A stretch of DNA of 64,000 bases, from assembly GCA_004431415.1 (NCBI GenBank), contig QPMI01000545.1, positions 1-64,000 of the forward strand. Reading direction: 5' to 3'. Under the pieces are notes generated by a model. That model saw only the letters and a program-made list of their open reading frames with translations. It searched no databases and was not told where the DNA came from. Position 1 is the stretch's first letter, and each line of letters begins with the position of its first letter. The position numbers and the translations under genes were made by a program. The DNA is from Cyanophora paradoxa CCMP329. Its lineage: Eukaryota; Plantae; Glaucophyta. Positions 1 through 12,792 of this stretch are shown here, one piece after another.

Positions 1-44
1 CGCTCCGAAATCACATTCTTCTCTATTTAGCACAACAAATCCAG

Positions 45-1182
45 GATGTTCCGCGCGTCTATCTCTCGCTACGCTCACCGGGAGAAGGAGAATTCCCAGC
101 GCGCCACAGCCGCAGAAGCACCTCCAGCTGTTATGGAGCGGCCCGGAGAGCTGCCTCCTTACCTTGCAGGCGGATACGACAAGCGCCGGTCGATGACCGT
201 CGCCGAGCCCTCGCTCAGCGACAGCGCAAGACCGCCAGCCCCTGTCAGCTTCGCTAGGGAGCGCCGGCCGAGCGAGACGGCTCCGAACCATCCAGCCGTG
301 CTCGCGCACGCAGCAGCCACTTTTCTGCCCGGCGAGGGCGTTAGGACGAGGTCGCACAGCGAGTACGTCGCCAGCTCGGACACGTCCTCCCCGATGCGCC
401 CGAAGCTGAAGCTCGGGCTCTCCGCCCTCGACCGGTGAGGCTCGCTGAGCGCGTGTGATCGTCTTCTGCTGACTCGTCGCTTCTCGTGCCCAGCACCACC
501 GCGGACCGTCTCCGGGGGGGCTCCTTCCCGATCCGCGGGAACCCCGTCGCGGCGCTCCAGTCCCTCCTCTCCCCCGCGCTGGCGTCTCTCTCGGGCGGCA
601 GCAACAGCTCCACGCCGCGGCAGCCCATGGAAGAGCTGCACCTCCCCGCCGCCCAGAACTCCTCGGTGCGCGCGCGCGCCCGCCCCTCGTGACGACCTTC
701 CCGCCTCGAGCGGCGGGGGCGCGGCGCAGGAGCGGACCTTCCTGGGCGAGCGCCGGAACTCGTTTTCCAGCAAGCTCCTCCCCGGCGCGTCCCCCGGCCT
801 CGCGGCCGCGATCGCGCCGGCCGCGGGGCCGGACGACATGTCCCTTCCGCCCCAGGCCCGCCCCGCTTCCTACCACAGCCGCCGCTCGGCGCCGCTGACT
901 GACGGCGCGGCAGCCGCGCGCAAACGTGCTGGAGCGCTCGTCGTCGCTGCGCGCGCTCGTCTCGCCGAGCGTCCGCGGCCTCTCGGGCCCCAAGTCCCCC
1001 ATCGAGGAGCTCTCCCTCGGCGCCCCCGCCCGGTCCGCCCGCTCGCCCGCCCGCCCCGCCTGCCGCGCCGGCGCCGCCGACGCTGACGCCGCCGGCGCAG
1101 GCCCACGAACATCCCCGTGACCGTCCCGGAGGCCGAGCCGCTCACCGAGCAGCACGAGGCGGCAGCCGAAGGCGACAAGTAG
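45..1182 (+). CDS. Low-complexity Ser/Pro-rich protein, spliced, probably the 3' part of a gene starting left of the window
   Basis: Exons joined by short introns (e.g. GTGAGG at 435 to CCCAG at 493; GTGCGC at 666). Ends ...EPLTEQHEAAAEGDK-TAG at 1180-1182, followed by an AT-richer 3' region. An acceptor-like CCAG precedes position 45. Confidence 0.5.
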
Positions 1183-1675
1183 GGCGGTCGCTTCGCTTTC
1201 ATCGAACTCCGCCTTGCTTAGAATCTCGCTTTTCATTTCGAAGCCCAGTTTATTCGGGATATCTAGTCGCTAGCTTATATTTTGCCCGGGTTCAATTCAG
1301 CCCTGTGATATCTATTGTGCAGTCTTAGCTATAGTGATAGCACTGGTAGATTGATGCACTTCTTCCCTTGGTCAGATTGGCGTGCTATTGATTCTTTTTG
1401 TTCAGTTCTCGTCACGGGGCGGCGTGGCTGGCCGCCCCTTCGTGATCATTCAAAGCTGTCAGGAACAGTAATATAATGTACGGAATTCGCATTCGAGAAC
1501 AATTCAAGCGGCGCCGGCGCCGGCGGGCCCTGCATCTGCCCCCCCTCGTTGACCTCCTACTAAAATAGCTACGTAATGGGACCCGGCTCCGGCTGCGGCC
1601 GCCCCCTCGCTGTAAACGGGGCGGCCACTGCAGGGGCGCAGGATCGGACCGGACGGCTGCGACTCCTGGCCCCGC

Positions 1676-4600
1676 TCAAGCGACGGGGATGGCGGCTGGC
1701 CCGGGCTGCAGGGCCGGCGCGCCGGCCGGGCCGGCCCTGGGCGCGGCGGCGGGGGCCGGCGGGGCGGCGGCGAGGAGCGCCGCGTCTTCGGCGGTGAGGG
1801 CGTAGAAGACGAAGCCGCGGCACGCCGCCACCTGCCGGCCCGGCTCGGCCCGGGGGGTACGGGCGCTAGCGCGGGGGAAGGAAACGGAGGGGGGTACGCG
1901 AACCTCCTCGATGGAGGCGAGGCGGCGGCGGGCGGCGCTGCAGAGGGCGACGACGTCGCAGCCGAGGAGGGCGCCGGCGGCGGAGAGCAGCTCGGGCATC
2001 GTGGCGGGGAGGCGCAGGCCCAGCTTGCGGCTGTGCGGGTGCAGGTCCGGCAGGCGCCGCAGCTGGAGGCGCCGCGCCCCCTCCTCCTCCGGCGCCGCCG
2101 AGGCGCCCGAGGCCGAGGGCGCCGGGGCGGCGGCGGCGGGCGGGGCCGGGTTCTGGGGCGCGGGCGCCGGCTCGGAGCTCGAGGGCCCCGCCGCGGGCGC
2201 GGCCGGCGGCTGCGCGAGCGCCGCGGCGGCGGCGAGGTCGTCCCTGGCGGCGGGGCCGGCGGGGACGGCCGGCGCGCCGCCAGCAGAGGCGAGGACGGCC
2301 CAGACGGCCGAGGAGGGGGGCGGCAGGACCGCCGCGATGGGCCGCGGCGGGAGCGGCGGCGGGGCGGGGGCAGCCAGTCCAGCTGCGGGGCGTGAGGCGC
2401 GGGCGGGGCGGGCGGGCGGGCGGGCGGCGGGGTGCACCGGGGGTCGGAGGCCTCGACGGGGGGCGGCGGGTTGACGGGGCCCGCCAGCAGGTCGTCCATG
2501 CGGCGGCGGAGCTCTGCGGCGACGCCAGGCGGGGCGCGGTGAGGCGCCAGGGCCGTGGCAGGCAGCGAGCCCAGCGCGCCCCGCCCCGCACGCACCGCGC
2601 TCGTCGACGACGCGGGGCCGCCACTCGACGAGCTCGGGGGGCGAGGCCGGCTCCTCCTCCTCCTCCCGCTCCCGCTCCCGCCCGCGCCCGCGCTCGCGGT
2701 CGCGCTCGTGCCAGGCGTCGGCCTCGCCCTCCTCCTCCTCCGAGTCCTCCTCGCGGAAGGCCGGCGGCTCCTCGAAGCCCAGCGGGCTCGGCGCCGCCCG
2801 CAGCGGCGCCCACGCGTCCTCCTGCCGGGGCCGCTTCGCCGGGCGCCCCACCTTTCGGTGCGCCGGCGGCGCCGGGGGCGGCGCGGGCGGCGCCGCCTCG
2901 TCCGCCGCCAACGCGGCGGGGGTCGAGGCGGCCGGCCGCAGCGGCCTCGGCACGGCGGGGGCCCCGCGCCCCGCGCCCCGCCCGCCGCGGCCGCGGCCGC
3001 GGGACGAGGGCGCTCGCTGCACTGCGGCGGCCGAGCTCGAGGCAGCGGCCGCCTCGGCCGCCGCTAAGAGCGGAGCGTCGGTGAGGGGCGGGGCGGGGCG
3101 GGAAAGGAGAAGGGGCGCACGGGGCTTGGGGGCGATCTTCGGCGGCGCGGCGGCCGGGCTCGCCGACACGGGCCACGGCTTGCCCGCCTGCGAGGCAGCC
3201 GCCGCCGGGGGCTTGGCCGGCACGGCCCCCGGCAACCGGCCCTCCGCCTTGACGGCACTCGGCTGGGGCTGGCGCGGCGCGTCGGGCGGTGCGGGGCGCG
3301 GCGAAGGGGCCGGCGCGGCCCGCCGGGGCGGCGGCGCGCACCTTTGAGGAGGCGGCCGCGGCCGCGGCCGCCTTCGCGCGCGCCTTCTCCGCATCCGCCG
3401 CCGCCGCGGCCGCCGCGGCCGCCGCGGCCGCCGCCGCCGCCTCCCGCTTCTTCTCTTTCAGCCTCTTCTTCTCGCCGTCCTGCTTCTCTGCGGGCGGCGG
3501 GGCTCCTCGGCGAGCGCGCACACGGCCGGTCGGGCCGCCGCCCCCGCAGCAGCAGCAGCAAGAGCGGACCACAGTAGGCGGCGATAGCCTTGGCGACGTC
3601 GATGCCGTGCCACGCGGCGGCCTGCGCGGGGCAGGGCAGCGCTCCCTCTGAGCAGGGCGCTCCGACGCTTCGAAGAGGAGAGCGAGCGCACGCGGGCGAC
3701 GGCGGTGACGAACGCGACCGTAAGGACGTCGTCGTCAACGTCTGCGGGGGCGGGGCGCCCGGTCAGGAGCCGCCTGGACCAGCAAATGGCTCGAGAAGCG
3801 CGGCGCACCGGGGGAGGAGATGCGCTCGGGGACGGCGAAGCGCTGGAGGTTGCCCCGGAAGCGCCGGCACTTGACCTTGTCCACCCACACGCTGCGGCCC
3901 GGCCGGGGGCGTCGGCCGCGGGGCGCGCAGTTGCGAAGAGAAGAAGAAGCGAGGCGAGGCGGGGCCGGGGGCAGGCGAAGGAAGGGGCGCACTACCGCTC
4001 TCGGACCATCTCGTTGCTGCGCGGCGGGGCGCGCGTGAGCCGAGCGGGGCCGGCTGCGGCGGGCGCGGCGCGGAGGGCGCACTGCTGGACCATGAGGCAC
4101 TTGCCGAGGGAGCACTGCCGGTCCTTGGCGACGGCGGCCGCGTGCGCCTGCTGCACGGCCTCCGGCGCGTCCGCGGGGTCCACGATCTGCGGGGGCCCGG
4201 GCCCCGGCCTCTCAGGGCGAAGAAGAAGGGCGAAGGGCGCTCGAGGGAGGGCGCGCCTGGCAGGGCCACGGGGGCAGCTCCTTGAGGCGGACCCATACGA
4301 ACTCGCCGAGGTCGGCCGTCCCCTTGTCCGCGTCCTCCCCATAGTTTTCGGAATTGAACGAGGCCGGGAACCGCAGGTCCTTCGGCACCGCCCCCTTCGC
4401 TGCGCGCGCGCCCCGCCCCGTCAAATCAAATCAAAGTTCGATAAACGTGGACGATCAAATTAAATTTAGTTGAACCGCCCCGTGAGGCGGCGTGCACGGC
4501 CGCGGGTCGAATGGAACCGAACGCACGCGTGACGGCGGCGGCGAGGGCCTTGGGGACGTCCACGCCGTAGTGGTGCGCGGCGACTTCGCGGGGCGGGGCG

Positions 4601-6998
4601 GGGCGGGGCGGGGCGGATCGGACAGAACTCGAGGGCGAAAGGAACACAAAGAGGGGGGGGTACCGGCGACGGAGACGGAGAGGGACTCGCGGATCTCGGG
4701 CTTGAGGGTCGCCTTGTCGCGCTCCGCGTCCGCGGCGAAGCGGGCGAGGTTCGGGAGGAAGCGCCGCGCCTTGTCCTCCTCCGCCCACACGCTGGCCCCG
4801 GTAGGGTCAGGCGCCGCCGCCTCCGCGAAGTAATTATGGGCGCGGCCGACGGCCAGTAAGGACGCACTACCGGTCGGACTCGGCGTCGCTGCGCGGGAGG
4901 GGCGACGCGTGAGGCGAGGAGGCGCGCTCGCTTATATATCGGGTGCGGGGGCCGGGCCGGCGCCGGGGCGCACTTGAAGACGTGGTGGCAGACGGCGAGG
5001 AGCTTGTTGGGCGCCGCCTTCGCCGCAGACTGCCGGATCACGTCCGGCGCCCTGCTCCCGTTCACGATCTGGGGCGGCCGGCGGCGAGGTTCTACACGAG
5101 AAGGCATTGCGACTCGCAAGCCGGGCGAGGCGTGGGGGCGGACCTCGCAGGGCCACGGGGGAAGCTCCTTGAGGCGGACCCACACGAAGTCGCCGACGGT
5201 GATGCTCTTCTCGCCCTTCTCGCGCGTCTGCGTGGGCGAGCGGGAGGCGCCCGAGGCCGAGGCCGAGGCCGGCGGCGGGTCCGCCGAGCCCGAGCCGGCC
5301 TCGAAGACCTTGTTGTCCAGCGTCGCCGCCTGCACGGGCCCCGCCGGCGCCAGCGCCGCCCGCATCGCCGTCATCAGCTCCTGCCGCACTTCTGCTGCGC
5401 GCGCCGGCACCGGGATCGATGTCAGGCCGACGCTCACAATGAAATTCCCGATGAAATTCGGGTGGCCCGCGCGCGCGCGCCTTCGCCTTCGACGGACGCG
5501 CTCGAGATGGAGACTGAGATGTCCTCGATGTACGACGTCGGCAGCATCGCCGCGATCGCGCGCGCCCCCTCCACGCCGAGCTGCGGGCCGCGGCGCGACA
5601 TCGGTTCCGACGCCGGTTCCGCCCGCGGCCGCCCGGCCCACCTTGACTTTGGTGAGTTTGAGGCTGGTGAGCTTTTTGCAGCTCGCGAGAAGCTGCAGCA
5701 GGGCCTCCGAAGAGCCCTTCGCGCGCCCCGCAGACGCCCCCTGGAATCCCACCTGCAGCCCCGGCCCGGCCGCCGCCTCAGCGTCTGCTCCATAAAAACT
5801 GCGCCAAGCCGTTCTCTGAAGCGCGGGTCGGGCTGACCTCCACGAGCTCGAGTTGCTGGACGCGCGACACGGGGAGGGCCGCCGCCAGCGCCATCCCGCC
5901 CTCGTGCGAGAACGTCGACCGCGCAATGCAGAGCGACTGGCGAGAGCACGCGCACGCGATGTCGATCGGACGGACGCAGCGAGCAGGCCGCAACGGCGCA
6001 TATCCCAAAGGCCCACCTGAAGGCGCTGCGCGCCGCGGAAGACGCCCTTCACAAAGCCGGGCGAGATGTCCGAGGCCTCCTCGATCCGCAGGCCCTCCAT
6101 GGCGGGGCTCGCCATGATCGCCTCGCCCAGGTCCGCCCTCAGAAGTTGCCCTGCCGAGGCACGATTTCCTTTCACGACAACAGCGCCGGAAAACATCGAC
6201 ACGCTCGGGATCGCTCTTGAAAAATTTCTCGCACCGAAGGCGCAAAGGCAGAGGTAGCTGACCTTGCTGTTCAAGAGAATGCTCCGAAGGAGCGCGACGC
6301 ATCGCTCGATGTTATCCTTCGACCAGTCCCTGCCGAGGTTTCCGAATAAATGATAACCACGGTTTTAATTACGGTCGCAACGGGTTTGGCGGTTGCTGCA
6401 GTTGCAACGAAAAGCCGAAAAAAAACGGAAACAATATATGTGAGGGTGAATGGGGCTTAAGTATGCATATATGTCGGGCTGCAGGCAGCCGCGCTGCTTG
6501 GGCGCGGCGGTCGCGACGTGCACGGGTTGCTGCAAATTAGAACAGCTGCAGGTATCTCGAATACGGAGCGATGCTTTCGGTCGATGCGCCTAAGATATGA
6601 CATAAAATTCGCTTCTTGCTTGTAGAGCCTCGATGCAACAAGACAAACCATCGAAATCAATCAGAACGCGCTCACCGGACCACGAATTGAATGCCTTCGC
6701 CGATTGCGCTTCCGGGGGAGCTCAGCTTTTCGAGCTGCTTCACGTTCAACTCGTAGTTGTCTTGTGATCGGATCGGCGTCTGTAGCGGGGTCAACGTCAG
6801 CCAGCTAGCGACAATCTGTCATGATCAGCCAAATGCGGCCAAAAGCTTTCAACGTAATCGAGGCGGGTCGATGTCAATTGCGAGAATTCGGCTTAGCGCC
6901 GTGGCACACAAATCCATAAAGCGTTGAAGATTAACATGCGCTGCGTATCAAAGCAAGCGCACCGCCTTGAATTGTGCTTTCGTGCCACGCGCTGCCAT
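1676..6998 (-). CDS. Multi-exon protein: RNI/LRR-like N-terminal region, two tandem PWWP domains, Ala/Pro/Glu-rich linker, C-terminal KHA/DCX-like (ubiquitin-fold) domain
   Basis: Spliced start MAARGTKAQFKA|TPIRSQDNYE... LRR-like segments LLASCKKLTSLKLTKVK and LGVEGARAIAAMLPTSYIEDISV. PWWP-1 VGDFVWVRLKELPPWPCE (~5145-5205). PWWP-2 LGEFVWVRLKELPPWPCQ (~4258-4312), joined in frame across an intron. C-terminus LPATMPELLSAAGALLGCDVVALCSAARRRLASIEE|VAACRGFVFYALT; TGA at 1676. Some N-terminal exon junctions are unresolved. Confidence 0.7.
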
Positions 6999-7349
6999 CT
7001 CGAAACCAATTGGCCGGCGAAGACGACCGGGGGAGTCAATGCCGCCGATCGCTTAATTTGATCAGTAGCAGTTGACTGAACTTGTGGTTCGCCGCGCGGA
7101 GGCGTGTCCGGCTCGGTCGACGAAGAGAATGCGTCTGCCGAGCGCGCGGGACAAGGGCACCCGGTTGTTTCGCCTCGGCCGCGTCGCACAGCCTAATCGG
7201 CTCCGGTTCCGCACTTCGCCAACGGGTGAGCAGTGAGCGGTAGGTTGTCGACGACCTCGCGATTTCGCCCCCCCTCCTCGACAGGGTACAGGAACAGAGC
7301 AGCTGTTCGCGCCAGAACCTGGGCGGACAGCGGCACGGCGCGGGCGGAG

Positions 7350-10300
7350 ATGCCGCACGAAGGCGAGCCGCCCGCCTCGAGCGCGGGCGCTGCGTCTGGG
7401 TCGAGCAGTTCCAGGTGCGCTGCGTCACCCGGGCGGATCGCGCCTGCGCCCCTGCCGCGCGGGGCAGCAACGCCCGCCTGCAATTCCCCGGTCGGTACCA
7501 CGCTCTTTGACTGATCCCCGCCCGCCTACGCGAAGGCAATCGAAGCCCATGAGAGCCTGGACTGTAGAGGACGTCGCGAACTGGTTGCGAAGACTCGCTT
7601 ACGCCGACGAGGTTATCGTGAAGTTCGTTAAGCAGAAGATCAATGGCGGTGCGCTCCCCCAGCCGCTGGCGAGTGCTCGCCTCGTCGCCTCACTTCTCCG
7701 GCGACTCCCAGAGCGCTTGATAAAGATTAGCGGACTGAAATACCATCCAAAATTCCTTTGTGATCTCGGGATTGGCAAGATACAGAAGGAAGACTACCAC
7801 GACGATCAGTTGGAGTTTCAAGAGTGCGCCTCTTGCTCGTCTTTCTAGCCGACGCTCAACACGGTTGCGACATAGGTATGTGCAAACGGTGCTCGACGAC
7901 GAAGCCAATCTGGAGCCTTCCAAGACTCCCGGACTCGGCCGGAGTGGTACGCATGCAGCCTCACGCTCACGCGGCTGCTGTTGATCTGCTCTCGCAGAAA
8001 ACTCTTTAAAAGATAGTTTGGTCAATACCACAGCGCGACCGGGACCGTCCAGACCAGCCGCGTCTCCTTCTCCCGCCGAGTCGCGCGATGATGTTTCTGC
8101 TAGAAGCGAGCCCGGTGCAGCTCCCTCGTCTCCGGCACCGCAGCAACCGCAGGAAGCCCCAGCTACGGCAGCGACCGTTCCCGTCGAGAAGACCGGCCCG
8201 GCTAGCCCGGAGTCTACTCCCGTCGCTGTGAAGCGGGAGAGCGCCGGCGAGGAGTCGAGCGCGTCGAAGGCGAACGGGGCGAAGAAGGCAGTCGCAAAGA
8301 AGGCTGGCGCCGTGCCGGTGGCGCCGCCCTCATCGAAGTCCACCCCGGCGCCGGGCGCCTCGCCCTCGGCCGGCGCCCCGCCGTCCTCCCCTGTGCCGGG
8401 AGCAGTTCTGGTGACGCCAGCGTCTTCTTCGGCGCTGTCTTTGTCCAGCGCAGCGCCGGTGGCGGCGCAGCAGCAGCAGCCGCCAGCGGGCTCGAGCGAG
8501 GCGGAGGCATCCAGCTCGGCGGCATCCAAGACGAAGAAGCGGAAAGGCGGCGGCGGCGGCGGCGGAGGTGGCGGCGAGCTGGCGAAACTGCTCTCACCGT
8601 GGTTTGAGGTCAAGATCCACGACAACGGCCGTGTGCGGAGGGGGCGGTCGGATGACCACGTGAGCGAGAGCGAGGCGGAGAAGGCGGAGAAGGCGGAGAA
8701 GGAGCGGGAGAAGGCGGAGCGGAAGGCCAAGCGGGAGGAGAGGCGGGAGCGGGAGAAGGAGAGGGAGAAGGAGCGGGAGAAGGAGAGGGAGACGGCGCCG
8801 GAGGCAAGCGGGGAGGACGAGTTCGAGGACGTGAACGCGGACGAGTCGGGCAGCGAGACGAACGACGAGGTCGACGAGGATTCGGAGGAGGAGGCGCGCG
8901 CGCCGGCCGCCTCCCCCGTCGGCTCCCTCTCCTCGGCCCCCAAGAAGCGCGCGCGCGTCTCGGGCCAGTCCCCGCCCACCACCGACAAGTCCAAGGTCCA
9001 AGTCCGCTCCGCCAAGCTACCCCACGGCTGCGCCTGGGGCCGGTGCGCCGCGCGCCTCGGCCCCCGGCCCCCGCCCCCTCCTCAGCTAAGTCCCTCCCAG
9101 CGCGCCCTTCGCGCGGCCGACTCAGTTCAAGCTCCTGATGTCCGAGGCTGTGCGTCCGCCCCGTTCGCGCCGCTGGCCCGCGGCCCGTGACGCCGCGCCC
9201 CACCCGCAGAACCGGCTGGCGGGTTGGGACTACAGCATCGTCAGGAAGTACACGGCCTTCTCGAAGGAGGTCTACGGCGAAGTCCTTGCGCCCCTCGTCC
9301 GCATCGTGCGCCCGCGCCCGGCCCTTCGCCCTCTTGCGGCCGCGCGGCCCGCCCACCGCGACGCCGGCAGATCATCAAGGAGCTCAAGCTGACGAAGGAC
9401 GACGTCTTCCTCGACATCGGCTGCGGCTGGGGCAACGTCGTCTTCCAGGCGCGGGCGTCCGCCGCGCCGTCCGGCCGTCCGGCCGGGGCCGGCTTCGCCG
9501 CTGACGCGGGGCGCAGGTGGCGGCAATGGTCGGGTGCCGCGCGGTGGGCATCGAGGTCCGAAAGGATCTCCACGAAGCCTCCATGAGCGTCCTCCCCCAC
9601 TTCGAGAGGGCACGCCGCCCGCCCCGCCCCGCCGCCGCCCCGCCGCCGCTGACCTCCCGGGGGCCGCAGCTGATGGCGGAGAACAACATCCAGGCGGGCA
9701 AGTGCGAGTTCTTCTGCGCGGACGCCTCGGAAGAGACCTGGGTCTTCAGCGAGTGCGGCCGACCCGGCCCCGCGCGGCGCCCTGCCGCCCGCTCGCGCCT
9801 CTGATAACGGGCGGCGCGGTGGCAGGTACAACAAGGTCTTCATGAACAACTTCGTGTTCCCCGAGGACATCTCCCAGAAGGTCCTCAAGCTCTTCGAGGC
9901 GACCCTCCTCGACGACGCCATGGCGCGTACTGGGGCCCCGCGCTCGGCTCGGCCCCTTCCTGCGGCCTCTGATACCTCGCCCCTCGCAGCTCCTCACCCT
10001 GCGCCACCTCGACAAGAAGTACAAGCCCATGTCGGGATTCTACGTGCGGCCCCGCCCCGCCTCGCCCGCCGGCGCCGCGGCCGCAGCTGACCCGGGTCGT
10101 CCCGCAGGCGGACTCGCCGCTCCAGATCTTCCGCTGGCCCTTCCGCCACTTCCGCACCCGCGAGAACGTCGTCAGCTGGACCGCCACCAAGATGGTCCGC
10201 GCGCGCCCTTCGCGCCCCGGGCGCGCCCCTCGCCCACAGCCGCGCCGCGCCGCAGGAGGGCTTCGTCTACGTCGTGGGCCGCAAGCAGAAGGCGCCGGAG

Positions 10301-12792
10301 GGCGCCGAGGGCTCGTCCCGGGGCTCGACGGCGCCCTCGAAGAAGCGCTCGGAGTACCGATCGAAGCGGGCGAGGACAACGGCGGCCTCGCCGACGCCAT
10401 CGGACGGCGGGAGCGCGCAGGCGGGGAGCAGCCGCGGCGACGAGGAGGACCCGCACGCCGACGCCGACGACGAGGGGCACACCGCCCCCTCCGCCCGCTC
10501 CGCCTGCCCTTCCCCTATGGAGATCGAGGCTTCCCGGCCTGACCCCGCCCAGCGCTCTCTCCTCCAGCCCGTCCCCGTCCCGGGCGCGGCCCCGAACCCC
10601 GGCTCCGGCGGCTACTACGGCGGCCGCGGCGTCCTCCCCGCGAACCAGGCCCGCCACCACGCGCCGGCGCCGCCCCAGCCGCAGCGTGCGGCGGGGCCGA
10701 AGACGGAGGGGCCGCACTCGCCGGACGAGAAGGCGGCGCTCTCCGGCCTCCTGGAGATGGGCAGCCTGGCGCCGAGCACGCCGCACGCGCGCCCGTCGGC
10801 GCTGCGGCCCACGATGGAGACCCCCTCGGACCGCTCCTCGCCCATGGCGCCGCTGGCGGACCCCGACACCCCCGCCGAGGCCGCCCACGCCTCGGAGCGC
10901 CCCCTCGCCTTCGCCGTACCCGGTGTCTTGGTCCAGGCACCCTCGCCGCCCGGCCAGCCGCGCGCCGCCCAGGCGCCCGGCACGCCGCCCCGCGGCGCTG
11001 GCACTGGGATACCGGACGCCACGGAGACGCCGGCGGGGGGCAAGCAGCTCCCGCGGACGCCCTCGCCGCCGCCGCGGCCGCCGAGCCCGAGCGCCTTCCC
11101 GAACCTCCACCCAACGGTCAAGTCGCCGCCGCCGCCGCGCCCGTCCGGGAGCCCGCCGCCGGCGCCCTCGGAGGCGGGGGACGGGGATCCGGAGGTGCTC
11201 ATCGACTCGACGACGGAGGCGGCGGGGAGCGAGGGGCAGCCGAGCTCGCCCCGCTCCACCACCACCGCCCGGCCGCCCCCGACGAGCTCGGCCCGCCCCC
11301 GACGAGCACCCGAGGCCGCCCCGGGCCCGGCCCCGCCCCGCCTCCGCTCCCGCTCCTGTCACCGCCACCGCCCCCGCCCCCGCCCCGCCCCCGAGCTCCC
11401 GCACCCCTCTCCCGAGCAGCCTTCCGCCCCCTGTCCGCCCGAGTCCGCGCCTCCGGCTCTGGAGCCCGCGCCCGCCCCGTCCGAGGCCGCCCCGGCACCA
11501 ATGGAGGTCGAGCATCCCCCTTCCGAGGCCGCTCCGGTCCCGGCCGAGGCGGCGCCGGCCCCTGGAGAGGCTGCGCCGGCCCTGATGGAGACCGAGCAAT
11601 CGCCTTCCGAGGCCGCACCGGCCCCGGCGAAGGCGGCGCCCGCGGCGCCCGAGGCGGGGCCTGTTCAGCCAGAGCCCTCGCCTTCCTCGCCAGAGGGCGG
11701 GCCCTCGCAGCCGCCGGCAGCGTCGTGCCAGCCCGAGGCCGCCCACTCCCCCCTGCCGGACGCCGCCCCGGCCGCCTCCTCCGAGGCGGCGCCCGCCTCG
11801 GGCGAGGCTGCGGCCTCCGTCGCGGCGGTCGAGGCGGCGGCGCCATCGGAGGCAAGGGAGGCCGCGCAGGAGCAGCGGCCGGAGCAGGAGGAGCGCGCCC
11901 GGGCCGGCGAGGGCGCCCGGAGCCACAGCAGCCGGAGTCGCCAGTGAAGGCGGAGGGGCACCCCGGCGAGCCGGCGCCAACCGGTGCGGCCGAGGGCGCG
12001 CCCGCGGTCGCCGCCGTCGAGTCGGAGCCGGTGGACGAGGGCTCGGGCTCCCGTCCCAGCTCGCCCCCGCAGCAGCACGCCCCGCCCGCCCGGGCCCCTC
12101 GAGCCGACGCGTCGCCCGCGTCGCGTCGGCCAGCGTCAAGCAGGAGCCCGTGCGCCCTCCCGGCCCCGCCGCCGCGCCCTGCGCCCGCGGCGCCCCGCCA
12201 ACCCGCCCGCAGGATTCCGCCCCTTCCACCGCCGCTGCTGCCGGCGCGGCCGGCGGCTTGGGTGCCCTTGCGATGCTCTCGGAGTACTCGAACGGCGAGG
12301 AGGAGGCCGGCGAGGACTCTGCCGGGCCGTCCGCCTCCCCCGCCCCGACCACGGCCTCCACCCCGGCCCCCGAAGCCTCCTCCGCCCCGGCGCCGAGCGC
12401 CCCCGCCCCCGCTTCCCTCTCTCCCCGCGGCGCCGCCACCTCCTCTCCAGCCCACGCCCCGGCGCCGGCGGCGCCCCTTTCCCCATTTGGCCGGCCGCCC
12501 CTCAACGGCGCTACCAAGACGGTCCGTTGCGCCGCGCACTCGCGGCCCGCGCCGCCCGCCTGACGCGCCACAGGAGAAGGAGAGAAGCAGCCCCGAAAGC
12601 CTGCACCCTTTGAAGAAGCGCCTGGTGGGCGCCTACTCCGGGGCCCCCGAGCCACCTCCATCCATCTTACGGAGTGGGCCCAACGGCGCCCACGACGCCT
12701 CCGGCAAGGCGCGCCCGCCCAACGGTCACACCCAAGCCCGGCCGGCGGCCTCCCGGCCCCTCCCGCCCAACGGGATGAATGCGAAGAAGTGA
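7350..12792 (+). CDS. DOT1: DOT1-family histone H3K79 methyltransferase with N-terminal SAM (sterile alpha motif) domain and long disordered tails
   Basis: Spliced catalytic core (~9210-10280): KYTAFSKEVYGEV, IIKELKLTKDDVFLDIGCGWGNVVFQ|VAAMVGCRAVGIEVR, KVFMNNFVFPE, ENVVSWT, all DOT1 hallmark motifs. SAM (~7550-7900): WTVEDVANWL...FVKQKINGERLIKI...LCDLGIG. Stop TGA at 12790. Confidence 0.9.
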
